Of a DNA stretch of 64,000 nt, positions 50,772 through 63,110 are shown piece by piece (within the stretch, counting starts at the first letter, position 1; every line of letters starts with the position of its first letter). Under the pieces are notes generated by a model. It searched no databases, was not told the DNA's origin, and was given only the letters and a program-made list of their open reading frames with translations. The stretch comes from Eledone cirrhosa (lineage: Eukaryota): positions 47,554,001 through 47,618,000 of the forward strand of contig OZ024747.1 of assembly GCA_964016885.1 (NCBI GenBank), read 5' to 3'. A program made the position numbers and the translations under genes.

Positions 50772-50929
50772 TAAATGAATGGAAAGACACAGGAAGTATT
50801 TCTTCTGGTATTCCTGTTCGCATTACCTTGGAAGAAACAGGTTCAAAAAGTAAAACAAGCTTGCACCATACTTATGATTATCATTTTTTTTCTGATAGCA
50901 TTGAAGACATTTCTGACGCTGTTTTTGAG
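50772..50929 (+). CDS. Host gene coding exon 5 (VNEWKDTG...IPVRITL...HTYDYHFF...AVFE), GC donor
   Basis: TTTTTCAG acceptor, GAG|GCAAGT donor, phase 1 to 0, joins exon 6 as FE-SPKGIVC. Confidence 0.85.
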
Positions 50930-52539
50930 GCAAGTATAAAAAAGATGTTTAATATAATTTCAATGTCTGTCATAACAACGTGATTGTTAATCTACTGAAC
51001 AATATTCCTTCTCCTAACATGCACACCTGAACAACATGTTAATTCTCCAAACACTTTTGACCTTTAAACCAAGTCTTTATCATTCTTTATCTTGCTATCA
51101 CAATTTCTTCCTCCAAACAAACATCTGATAATTGCCTAATCAAAGCATCATTCTATTGTTCAATAACTCTTATTTCAAACCCATGATTATAAGCTGTATC
51201 CCTACAACTAAAGTCCCGAGTTTTATGTCAAACCCCACATGGTACATAATATACAACAATACCAACCAATAAATATCTAAATACCAACTGTTTCTCCACT
51301 ACATTCATAGTCACCAGGTTTTAAATTGTTTCTATTCACTTGAAGCTAACAAGGCAACATGTTCCAATGGTACACCTTCTATCATTCTTAAGCAGTGTAC
51401 TCCAGAACTAGTCTCTATCTTCACCAACATTTTAAAGCTTTCTCTCTATATGTATATATATATTCCAGCTTATCAACAAAAATGCCAAATTTTAATGGGT
51501 TCCATATTTAAATTAAAATCTTCCAACATAATATTATATAAGAACCTTTTGTTGTTATGTTATAATACAATCTTATTAATGAAGCAAATAATTTTAGTAA
51601 ACCCCTCAAAATTTTCCATTTTGAGAATACAATGTATTTAATGGCCATAAAAGGGTTAAGAAAGCAATTTCACTTATCCTGTTTCTTATCCTCCTTTTGC
51701 TTTCACTTTCAACATCTTAAAGGGAATGGAAACTGCTGTAAACAACTCTTTAAGTTTCCTTTCTTGCTGACCACCACTACTGTTTCCATAATGAGAAACC
51801 TACTGAAGATCTGTTTTCCTGTTGCATGAAAGTAGTCTCTTACCATGAGAATTTCGAAAAAAGCAACCTTGTTTTTTTTTACATTACCAATGCTGCTAGC
51901 TGTTAAACATCAATTGATTACATCAAGCAAACTGGAAGTAGCCTATAAATGTCATTTCATACTGCTCCTCCTTCTTTAACTCGTTAACATTTAAACCTGC
52001 GGCCATATCCAGCCAGAATTCTTTCACCTCTTTCTGTTCAAACTAGCCAAAACTGGCTACTCATACTGATATTAAGGTATTGTTCTCAAAATAACTAATA
52101 TCAAAATCTCATAGATTCAATATTATGTGAGATGGTTATGTAGATAAAGCCTTTACCATGAAAATACAATAGTATATATAGAGTAATGTAAATGGTAAAG
52201 GGTTAACTAAAAAGAAATAAAAAGATGACACTTTTTTTTAAATTAGTTTCTTCATACTCATCTCCAAACAGTTGTATACTTTCTCTTGTTTCTTGCAAAG
52301 AATAACATATTTCTGCAAGCAAAGCAAAATGAACAAGCATTAAAATGGGGATAGTGTTGGAGACTGGGAGGTATAATATATCTACATTTGGGTCTGTTTC
52401 CCAATACGTCTCACTTCAGTCTCCATATAGTGTCCCCACTACCTCCTTGATACTCACTCATCTCTCTGTCACTTATCTTTCTATCCTTCACCCTCCCTCC
52501 TATTACTATATATTACTAGCTATCACTTGCACATACACA

Positions 52540-52587
<48 letters not shown>

Positions 52588-52946
52588 TTATCTCACACTC
52601 TCTCCAGATGTCTCAACATGTAGCAATCATCACTATTTCACCTCCCACCATACCCCTGCCCACTTCCACTACCTCTTTCCAATACTGTCTCTCTTCCATT
52701 ACTCCCAGTACTCTCTCCCATTACTCCTCCACCTCTGCTGCTCTCTAACTTCACTGCCTCTTTCAAATTACTATCCCCTCTGATACCAGGCACTCTGTTT
52801 CTCCCATCATACTCTCACTCCCTTTACCTACTCACCCTGATTTTCCTATCATTACTTTACTCTCTCTCCCATTTCACCCTCTTGGTCATGTTGCTGTTTA
52901 ATGTCTATTTTTCCATGTTTGCATGGGTTAGATGGGTCGTCTATGT

Positions 52947-54876
52947 CAGGGCTTGGCAACCTTTTGGAGAGAGGGGGCCAAACAGCTATGCAGTGTCATG
53001 GAGGAAGGCCATGTTATTAAATATGTAAATAAATTTTCTGGAGGTTTAAAGCAAAACAAGGAATTTAATATAATTTTATTTTAACAAGGCCCCTTATTTT
53101 ACTGCAGGAATAACAAAAAAAAAAGAAAAAAAAACTACAAACACATTCAACAAAAAAAAAAAAAAAAATTCCTTATTTTACTGCAGGAATAACAGAAAAA
53201 CAACTATTATCACAATCAACAAAAAAAAGCAAATTCCTTGCTACAAACGAAATACAGTTAGAAATGGTAAATGATTTAATGAGACACTTGTTTCTGCTTA
53301 TTGTGCGATAACTTCTCCACATCGGGTGAAATATTTGTCGATGACAGGAGCAAAACATCATCCAGGTGGTCGTCACGCAACCTTGTTCTTAAATGACTTT
53401 TAGTATATTTCATTTTGGAAAAAAGTTGTTCACAAGCATATGTACTTCCAAATAATGATATCATCAGTTTCGTATTAGTCAAGATGTTTTTATATTTTCC
53501 GCTTGGCAATATATATTTCTTGTAGAAGTCAGCAGTGGATTCGAACTGAAATTTTGATTTCAAAGATTCGTCGCACTGTAACTCAATTAACTCCAACTGA
53601 TATTCTTCTGCCACTTGCTCCACATCTGTTTCGTAAGGAGTACCAAATAACTTAAATAGAGTTCCATATTGCTGGAAGTCAGCAAAACGAGATGAAAACT
53701 CGCTTCTCAAATCCTTAATAGAGCTCACAAAGATGTCTGGTATTATATCTCTCTTGTGATTTTGGAGACTTGGGAAATGAGAGTAGTTTCCTTTTTGAAG
53801 TTGTGATTCCCACAGTCGAAGTTTTCTCTCAAAAGCAGTAATTTGACCAAACATCTCAAATACAACCTTGTTCAAAATTCAAAGTGTTCATGTGGGTCGT
53901 GATGTCCACTAAAAAAGCTAACTTGACAACCCACTGTGGATCCTGAAAGTAAGAATTATCTTGGTCTTTGCTCTCTAAAATCATAAAAATTTCTTCTCTC
54001 AAGGCATATACTCATTCTATCACTTTTCCACGGCTAAGCCATCGAACATTTGAAAAATATGTAAGGTCGCCATACTCTGCTTCAATTTGTTTTAGAAATT
54101 CTTGAAACTGGCGGTGATTTAGTCCTCTTGACAGAAAAAATTCACTGTTTTCACGACCACTGTCATGATGTCCTTAAAATTCAGTGACTTTGCACATAAT
54201 GCTTCTTGATGAATAATGCAATGAAGTTTGATTAGTTTTTTATCAATACCGATGTGGTTTTGGAGCAATGCAACAAACCCCTTTTTCTCTCCAACCATTG
54301 CTGGTGCTCCATCTGTGATTACTCCAGAAATCTTTGATAAATCCAGATTCATTTCGGTAATCCATTTTATTATGCTTTCCAAAATATCTGCTCCAGTGTT
54401 AGTGGCCTTCGTAGGAATCAATTGTACAAATTCTTCCACAATATCAAATGTTGGTGTTACACCCCTCACAAACACTGCAAGTTGACAAGTATCCTTCATA
54501 TCTGTGGTTTCATTGATAGCAATGGAATAATACTCCAGATTATTTAAAATTATTTGACTGGAACAAAAACACATACATGAAATCACAGGAAATAATAATA
54601 CAGGTGATATAATGCTTGGCGGAAAGCCCAGAAAAAGATGGATAAGAGGAAATAATAATAAATGGAAAATATAATAAGGTTACAAAGGTATCTGTAAATA
54701 TATACGGTATGAGCAGCGATTTGTGATGGGCATCAGGTCGGCACAACCTTGAAGTGAACTACTGTATCTGTATTCGATACTAATTAGATAATTAGTGTCC
54801 AGTGTAAGATGGCGGGCCGGACAAAAATCACTCGAGGGCCGGATGTGGCCCGTGGGCCGGGGGTTGCCGACCCCTG
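52947..54876 (-). mobile_element. Internally deleted hAT (Buster/Charlie/SPIN-like) DNA transposon with broken transposase
   Basis: TIRs CAGGGCTTGGCAACC / CAGGGGTCGGCAACC, 8-bp TSD GTCTATGT/GTCTATTT; peptides TDGAPAMVG, HCIIHQEALC, VRWLSRG, FGSTYACEQLFSKMK. Confidence 0.9.
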
Positions 54877-55231
54877 GTCTATTTTATAAGACAAGTCTGG
54901 CCAGCTGGCCACGCCATACCATGCCCAACTGGAACAGTATTTTGGCTAGGATTTTTACAGCAATAGGGAAAACATTGTCCTAACATCCATCTAGGAGGGC
55001 AATTATTCTGAATTTAGAACTGACTTGAATTATGATGACTCATCCAAACATGTGAATGTTCTCTATACACTGCAAAAGCAAGAATGTTTAAATGACAGAA
55101 TTCCTTAAATTTACACAATGTCTATTAATTCATTACAAATTTTGTTTTAATAAAAGTAACTTGAAAGGTGATTATGTAGAATTATACAGAAATTTATTTG
55201 GAATTTTAAAGCAAATTTTTTTTAATTTCAG

Positions 55232-55348
55232 TCACCGAAAGGAATAGTATGCAAAGATAGAAAATTTAATATGAGCCTTCCAGATCTAGTGCCAATATTT
55301 TCAACCGGCATTGAATTAAGATTTGAAAACACTATAAAAATGATTGAT
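55232..55348 (+). CDS. Host gene coding exon 6 (SPKGIVCKDRKFNMSLPDLVPIFSTGIE...MID)
   Basis: TTTCAG acceptor, GAT|GTAAGT donor, phase 0 to 0. Confidence 0.85.
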
Positions 55349-56576
55349 GTAAGTATTGTGATTTGAGTATTGCTTTTTGAACTAATGAAGACATAATCTG
55401 ATCCAGCTTGATTTAATGCTTGACATTTCTAATCTAATCTAATCTGGCCGAGTTTACACTCACAAATAAGAAGAACCAGGGCCGCCCCTAGGAGCATTGG
55501 ATTTGGTGTACTTCATATTTTGGTTGCTGAATACAATCAGGGGTCGCTGCTTCTCCTGAAGGTCAATAGTTCTCTTCTAACTCGAGCGGGAGCACGTTTC
55601 CATTGTCAATTTGCATTAATCATCTGCAAAGCCACATTGTTCTCAGAACCACTACACCAGTATTTCAATGCATGCAGCTTGAACTACTGCCACCCATTGA
55701 TTTGACAGGATTTCTTTTTTTTAGACAGCTATTGACTCTTATGAGTTCTTCCGCCCTTTGTCAGGTTTTGTTTTTTGTCCTGCAGGGTGTCCAAAATCCT
55801 CCTCCTCACCAGGTAAACTTGGTCGGGTTGCCAGTTTAGTCACCAACAACTCGACCATGCAACAGATTGTAGTGGGTTACATGCTACCACTAACACTCAA
55901 GAGTGACCCGACAATATTTAGGCTTGTTAAATATTAAGTCCAATAAATGTCTAAATTTATAGAACTAATGTAAAGAAATAGATTATGGAAAAATATTGGA
56001 TTTTATAGTAAATGTAATTTAGATATGGCAGTGAGGAATGCTAGTGCATGTCACCTGAATATTTGGGAGTAAAGAACATCAGATATATAAATAATTTAAC
56101 ATAGAAATCTTCTCCTTCATTAGTAATAATTCTAAATTTGAAACTAAATGTGTACGTATATGCATGTGTGTGTCTGTCTGTGTATGTATTTATGCATTTT
56201 TGTTTATAGAAACAAACAGATATGATTTAACTCTTTAGCATTTACATTACTCTTTATATACTATAGTATTTTTGTGGTAAAAGGCTTCATCACATAATTA
56301 TCTCATATAATATCGAATCTATGAAATTTTGATATTATTGATTTTGAGAACAATACCTTAATATCAGTATGAGGGCTCAGTTTGAACAGAAAGAGGTGAG
56401 AGAATTCTAGCCGGATATGGTCAGTTTAAAGGCTAAAGGGTTGAAGTTTTATAATAAAGTGGTTGTTGTTATTAATGATGTTTTTTTTTTTGGGGGGGGG
56501 GGGTAAAAATGAGCAAGCTAACTTTTTGAATTATTTCACAATGTTTATTATTATTTTTTTGTTATATAATTCAAAG

Positions 56577-56694
56577 GTGTCCTATAATAAGCCTGATCAA
56601 TTATTGAGAATTGATTATCAGCCTGGTGGTATAGAAAGTAGCGCTTATCCAGAGATAGTGAATACACTGTCAGAAATATATGATTATAATACAG
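56577..56694 (+). CDS. Host gene coding exon 7 (VSYNKPDQLLRIDY...EIYDYNT)
   Basis: AAG acceptor after T-rich tract, ACAG|GTTTGC donor, phase 0 to 1. Confidence 0.8.
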
Positions 56695-57427
56695 GTTTGC
56701 TTATTCCTTTTATATTTGTTATTTCATAAAATTATTACTTTCAGAATGTTATAAACACACAAACTAAACTACATTCAAGAGAATTAATGATATAGTTGTA
56801 AAATAGTAAAAAATAAACACATCATTGGCAGAGGAGATGATGAAGGAATGTGACAAATGGAGAGATGCTGTGTTGAGAAGGACCTGTCCAACCTATGGAA
56901 GCATTGAAAAGCAGACATAAAAACGATGATGATGATGATGATAGTTTGGTTGTATTAGATTTAAAAGCAACATAAGATATAAAAAAAAGAAAATATATGT
57001 TCATGGCAAAGCAAAGCAAATGAGTGATTTAGATAGTATTGAGAATACACAGGAACAGGTTGAAGGTGAAAATAGAAGGAGGGGTTAACAAAAACAAAGA
57101 TACAAAAAAAAATCACCTTTAATGCTGTTGTGCTACTATTTTCTGTTTTAATGTCTTTTAAGTTCCAGATGTATTTTGCCAATATATACATAAAAAACAT
57201 TACAAACAACATTACAAATATAATTGTTTCTACTTTTGACACAATCCCAGCAATTATGCCAGTGTATTACTGGTACTTTATTTTATCGACCCAGTAATAC
57301 ACTGAACTCAGATCATAAAGATTTGAACTCAGATCAAAAAGGGACGTAACTCTATTCTTCAAAGCACGGTGTCCAACTCTCTACCGATACTGCCAAACCA
57401 CCACCCTAAACAACATTACACTTCTTT

Positions 57428-57765
57428 CTCTCACTCTGGTCACATATTTTGGTGTGTTGTTTTTGTCAGGTTCCTAGCTATGGTGGGTAGTATTTGTTAT
57501 AGGTGTTTATATTTGTGTTTATCAATGACATTATATTTGAAACAACTTTGCCTTTCATCCTTATGAGGTCGATAAAATAAAGTACCAGTAATACACTGGG
57601 TAATTGCTGGCCTTGTGCCAAAAGTAGAAACAATTATATTTGAAACAACATTACAAATATAATGTCATTGATAAACACAAATATAAACACCTATAACAAA
57701 TACTACCAACCATAGCTAGGAACCTGACAAAAACAACACACCAAAATATGTGACCAGAGTGAGAG
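57428..57765. repeat. 112-bp near-perfect inverted duplication flanking a SINE 3' half
   Basis: 57428-57539 is the reverse complement of 57654-57765 with one mismatch seen. Confidence 0.85.
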
Positions 57766-58553
57766 CAAGAAGAAAAAAGAGGTGGGGGAGCGCTAACAAC
57801 TAAAACAACCATTAATTCACCACTAAGTGTGACAATGAGCCACACATCACAAGGGTCATCGGAATATTTCTGTTCTCAAGGTGTCAGAATGAGGATAACT
57901 GTGGAGTGTATCAGCTTTTGCAGCTGATTGATGTGAGTCTGAAATATTTCCTATCCATATTGTAAATTGAAGTAATTTTAGCATGGCATTTCACTGCCTT
58001 ATTGAGATACCATCATTGAATGGACACAATGTGTTGTTACTATTAGATGGAGTTAGGGCGGTGGATTGGTAGTATCGGTAAAGAGTCGGACACCATGCTT
58101 TGCAGCATAGAGTTACGGCCCTTTACCGTGTGAGTTCAAATCCCGCCGAGGTTAACTTCGCCTTTCATCCTTACGGGGTCGATAAAATAAAGCACCAGTA
58201 ATGTACTGAGGTCCATTTAATCGACTTTCCCTCCCCCCAAAAAATTACTGGCCTTGTGCTTATACTAGAAATCATTAGATGTAGTTTGAGATTCACACCT
58301 GTTTCTGGTTGAGGATATGTTCATGCTTATTTTTATATTTGTATTTATGTTTTTGTTTTTGTTTGGATTTGTGTTTGTATTTGTCATTGTGTTTGTATTA
58401 GAATGATTTGTCCTGTTAATATTTGATAGTAAAATATCAAGATTTTCAGTATAACTATAATCTTTACTGTATATATACACACACACACACACACACATAT
58501 ATATATGTGTGTATAAAAGTGTTGGAATTTGATTGGAGCAATCAATGATGATG

Positions 58554-58623
<70 letters not shown>

Positions 58624-59235
58624 GTGTGTGTGTATATACATATATATGTATATATGTGTGTGTATGTTATGTTGGTTCCACAAAACTTTCACTGTAAAGT
58701 GGTCGTGTAAAAGACATGGCAAAAAGCACCCAGCATACACTGTAAATGTGGTTGCCACTAGGAAGGCATCCAGCCGTAGAAAACTAGCCAGAAACAGTCC
58801 TATATTCACAAGACACGGTCACCTGACCCAACTTGCTTCTAAATGGGACAAACCTGTCTAACCCATGCTAGCGTGGAAGATAAACGTTAAACCATGATGA
58901 TGATGATGATGATGATATATATATATGGAGTGATGTATATATACATAAACACTCATATACACACTGCAATGGGAACAAAAGTTACCTCAACTTACACCAA
59001 TTTAATCATAGTATATTTAGAAGTCTAAATATACAAGCAGTTGGTCTATTTGACCTTAAAATAACCCTAGGTTCAAAAGTATTATTGCAACGTATAACTG
59101 ATTGCATTAAGTTGTATGTAAAATGCCTAACATAAAGTTAGTGCAATTAATTCACTCCAGTAAGCAAAGGGAGATTGATTCAATATGAATTATTTATTAC
59201 AAAATATCATATTCATACTTTCCACAAGAAATTCG

Positions 59236-59403
59236 CCAACACTACACCTGATATTCCCTCTCCGTACACACGTGCGCATGTATCTGTTTGTATACCATGA
59301 CTCATACACTGTTCACTTTCCTGACATTTTTACATTATTCTATGTACTATACATGCACCTTTGATGAGTTGTAGTGCACCTGAGCACTGTACACAATAAT
59401 TTC
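59236..59403 (+). mobile_element. CR1 3'-end fragment (same family as 3745-4580)
   Basis: Shares ACTACACCTGAT...TTGATGAGTTGTAGTGCACCTGAGCACT. Confidence 0.75.
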
Positions 59404-59829
59404 CACTGGCCCTTGTAGCCAATAAAGGAAATCATTATTATTATTATTGACGATAGAGTAAAGTAAAATAACTTCAACTGGAAAATAAAGTTTACAATGC
59501 TTACAGTGTAAAGGCATATGGCTTAGTGGCAAGAGTGTTGGACTCACAATCATAAGCTCATGGGTTCGATTCCTGGACTAGGTGGTATGTTGTGTTCTTG
59601 AGAAAGACATTTCATTTCATGCTGCTTTTCATCATAAGACAGGGGCCTCTATCATTAAAATGCTTGAGAAACCTCCTATGAGATACAATCTTTCAGGAGG
59701 CCAGCTAAACCCACGCAGATGTGAGCTGTAAAAACAACAATGTTTGCAATGTTTACTTGCTTTTGTTTTATTATATCTAATAGTCTGATTTGATTGAACT
59801 TGCTTATGATTTTAAAATTTATTTCAAAG

Positions 59830-59990
59830 GTATTGGATATTTGAGAGATCTTGTATATGGAAATTGTTCTGCAATAAAACTTCGTAATTCATCATTTGAG
59901 GATAAAACAACTATGTCATTTGAAGGATACATTGTTAAAAATGTAATGGGAATGTTTAAACAAAAAAAAGACTTTGAATATGTTGGACTG
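59830..59990 (+). CDS. Host gene coding exon 8 (GIGYLRDLVYGNCSAI...FEYVGL); gene continues beyond the window
   Basis: TTTCAAAG acceptor, CTG|GTAAGC donor, phase 1 to 0. Confidence 0.85.
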
Positions 59991-60444
59991 GTAAGCTAAC
60001 AGGAATTTGCAATACTATAATTTTTCAATTTAATCTATAGTTGTAATATGTCCCACAATTCTTTCCTGAGACATTCTAACCATAGTATCAGAGCTGTGAT
60101 CTCTCAATTCAGAGAAGTAGTGGCTCTACCTGGAGTGACTCTCTGATCTCCGAACTACGCACTCTATCAAATAACATTATTCCAAAGACCCTTTGGAGGA
60201 GATCCTATTTCGGCCACTTGTATTCATGATCATTTTCTTTCTGTCATTACCTAAGATTCATTACTGCATTATTGCACCAGCTCCTGCAATTCTTGCATTT
60301 AATTCATCCTCCTGCCTTCCATCGCTCATGAACATGTCCCTGAGATACTTGAACTTCTCTACCTGCTTCAGTGGAACTCCGTTGATATGTAGGGTACACT
60401 GTGTAATTTCCTTCTTTCTTTTAAAATTAGTATTAACCCTTTAG

Positions 60445-61164
60445 CATTTACGTTACTCTACATTTACTATTATATTTTCACAGTAAAGGCTTTACCCCAC
60501 ATAATATCTCACATAACATTTACATTACTCTATATATACTATTGTATTTTCATGGTAAAGGCTTTACCTCACATAATATCTCACATAGCATTTACGTTAC
60601 TCTACATTTACTATTGTATTTTCATGGTAAAGGCTATACCTCACATAATATCTCACATAACATTTACATTACTCTACATTTACTATTGTATTTTCATGGT
60701 AAAGGCTATACCTCACATAATATCTCACATAGCATTTACGTTACTCTACATTTACTATTGTATTTTCATGGTAAAGGCTATACCTCACATAATATCTCAC
60801 ATGGCATTTACGTTACTCTACATTTACTATTGTATTTTCACAGTAAAGGCTTTACCTCACATAATATCTCACATAACATTTACATTACTCTATATATACT
60901 ATTATATTTTCATAGTAAAGGCTTTACCCCACATAATATCTCACATAACATTTACATTACTCTATATATACTATTGTATTTTCATGGTAAAGGCTTTACC
61001 TCACATAATATCTCACATAACATTTACATTACTCTATATATACTATTGTATTTTCACAGTAAAGGCTTTACCTCACATAATATCTCACATAGCATTTACG
61101 TTACTCTACATTTACTATTGTATTTTCATGGTAAAGGCTTTACCTCACATAATATCTCACATAA
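60445..61164. repeat. 72-bp minisatellite x10 derived from the piggyBac MITE left end
   Basis: Preceded by TTAA-CCCTTTAG; unit CATTTACRTTACTCTA...AAAGGCTWTACCYCACATAATATCTCACATAR matches the MITE interior. Confidence 0.9.
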
Positions 61165-61377
61165 CATCTCGTATACGAGAGACGTCTGTTGACGTGTGTG
61201 AACAAGCTCGGCTACCGAGTCGGATTTACTTACTCAAAAGTGAGTTTTGATTAATTTTTTTATACTGTAATATACGTTAACCCCTTGCCTTGGTCGTCAA
61301 ACTTTGAGTTTATTTATTTTCGCCCCTTTTTGGGGCGAATTTTCCAGTTAAAAATTTATTACGGCAAACTAATAGAA

Positions 61378-62862
61378 ATGGACGGAATTTTCACATCTCA
61401 TCCTAACGTGAAAGCCACGCCCCCTAAGAAAGGTGATACAGAGAAGCTAGAAGCACAAGGCTCTAAGTCTTCCCTCCTCACTTCTGCAAAAGAAACGTGG
61501 AACACGGAATTAAAAGAAAAATTTGTAAAAATGGGTGAAAACCCAGAAAGTCACATAAACGCAGACAAAAACAACAACGACAATAACAGCAATAGTCACA
61601 ACACCAACCAAGGAAAAAATAACGATAACACCAAACAAAGCGAACCTACTACTGGTGCCTCCTTTGCACAGGCGGTCCGGAAAACACAGACCTGCAAGCA
61701 ACTGGACATTACAACTCTGAGAGAAAAGATGAAGGAAGCAAAACAGTATGTAACTTTCAAAGAAGGAGGAGACTTCACAATCACCTCCCCACAAGAAATC
61801 AAAAGAGACACGACACTAAGAACGATATCTTTCAGAACAATTTCCAACATAACAAGGAAACCAGCTCAATTATCCCAAAAAGAAATTGAGCTGGTCCTAA
61901 AAAATGTGTGGAGTGATATATCGTTCATACAAAAAGGGCCACTCTATGGGAATATAACGGTGCTTATGAAGGATCAATTGACGGCCAGGAAATACTCTGT
62001 GGCGCCAATTGTTTCCAAGCTACACACATTTTTCCCCACATATTTAGGGAAAAGAACGCAGAAAATAAGGGTCTCCGGAATCCGGCCAAATGCATGCATT
62101 TCCTGGGTACTAACAGGATTTTTAGAAGACGAGGACGGAATCCTCTCAGTAGGAGAAGTCACAACAGACGTTTTCGGCGGTTTGAGCGTGGAGGTTCTGG
62201 TCCAAATGAGACCAGAACGAATAGCTAGAATACCACAGAGGGTGTTCCTCGATGGAGAAACATTTATATACATTTCAGCCGAGGATAGGAGGCCCATATG
62301 TTACTACTGTTCAAGCAGGGGTCATCTAAGGGCTGCCTGTCCTCAATTGACAAAAAAAAAGGCTCTTTTGCCTACACCCCACACACCACCACCACCACCA
62401 CAACAACAACAAGAACAACACGGAAAAATAACACAAGACACGGCCCCACCCAAAACAAGTCCAAAAACACACACAAACACAACAAAACCCCAAAATACAC
62501 CACTACCCGACAGCACGGACGAGGACCCAGCTGAAACGGCACCTAGTGACGAAGAGGGGGGGGGACCCTTCCAACCTGTAAAAAGGAAAAAAAGAAAGCA
62601 CCACTCGAACATAAACGAAACAAACACACAACCACCAACAAAAACAAAACAAACAGAACAAACAAAATCCGCCCCACCCCAAAACATAACACATACAACA
62701 AAACGTAAGCACACACAAGAACAACAAACAAACACAACACAAATAAAACAGTATACATACATTAACACAAATAACAAAGAACTAGTAAAAACAATACACA
62801 AAGACCCTTCGGTGGAAACTGAAGGGCAATTCTTTGCAACGCGGCCAACAAACCGCATTTAA
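61378..62862 (+). CDS. Tx1-type ORF1 (CCHC zinc knuckle nucleic-acid chaperone); probably extends to 63089 through a frameshift
   Basis: SFAQAV motif, CYYCSSRGHLRAAC knuckle, basic VKRKKRK, Pro/Thr-rich tail. Confidence 0.85.
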   Translation: MDGIFTSHPNVKATPPKKGDTEKLEAQGSKSSLLTSAKETWNTELKEKFVKMGENPESHINADKNNNDNNSNSHNTNQGKNNDNTKQSEPTTGASFAQAVRKTQTCKQLDITTLREKMKEAKQYVTFKEGGDFTITSPQEIKRDTTLRTISFRTISNITRKPAQLSQKEIELVLKNVWSDISFIQKGPLYGNITVLMKDQLTARKYSVAPIVSKLHTFFPTYLGKRTQKIRVSGIRPNACISWVLTGFLEDEDGILSVGEVTTDVFGGLSVEVLVQMRPERIARIPQRVFLDGETFIYISAEDRRPICYYCSSRGHLRAACPQLTKKKALLPTPHTPPPPPQQQQEQHGKITQDTAPPKTSPKTHTNTTKPQNTPLPDSTDEDPAETAPSDEEGGGPFQPVKRKKRKHHSNINETNTQPPTKTKQTEQTKSAPPQNITHTTKRKHTQEQQTNTTQIKQYTYINTNNKELVKTIHKDPSVETEGQFFATRPTNRI

Positions 62863-63110
62863 AAATGATAAGACTCCCAATGGACACCTATTCAAAACTA
62901 AGAGAGAACTTTCCTGAGGACGTGGGGAAAACATGTACTCGACCCTATAACCGCGTCCTCTTGAAACGTTTCCCCACCCACACCTCACCAAACACCCCCA
63001 CTCCACCACAGAACAACACCCCACCAAACAACCCCGCCAATACGCCCATGGATATTGTGCAACCTGCTCCTCAGGAGCCGAACAGGTAGGTCCTTCCTCT
63101 TTTAACCAAC

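Noticed and set aside
60542-61250. 216-aa and 232-aa repeat proteins
   Set aside because: By-product of a stop-free 72-bp MITE-derived unit inside an intron
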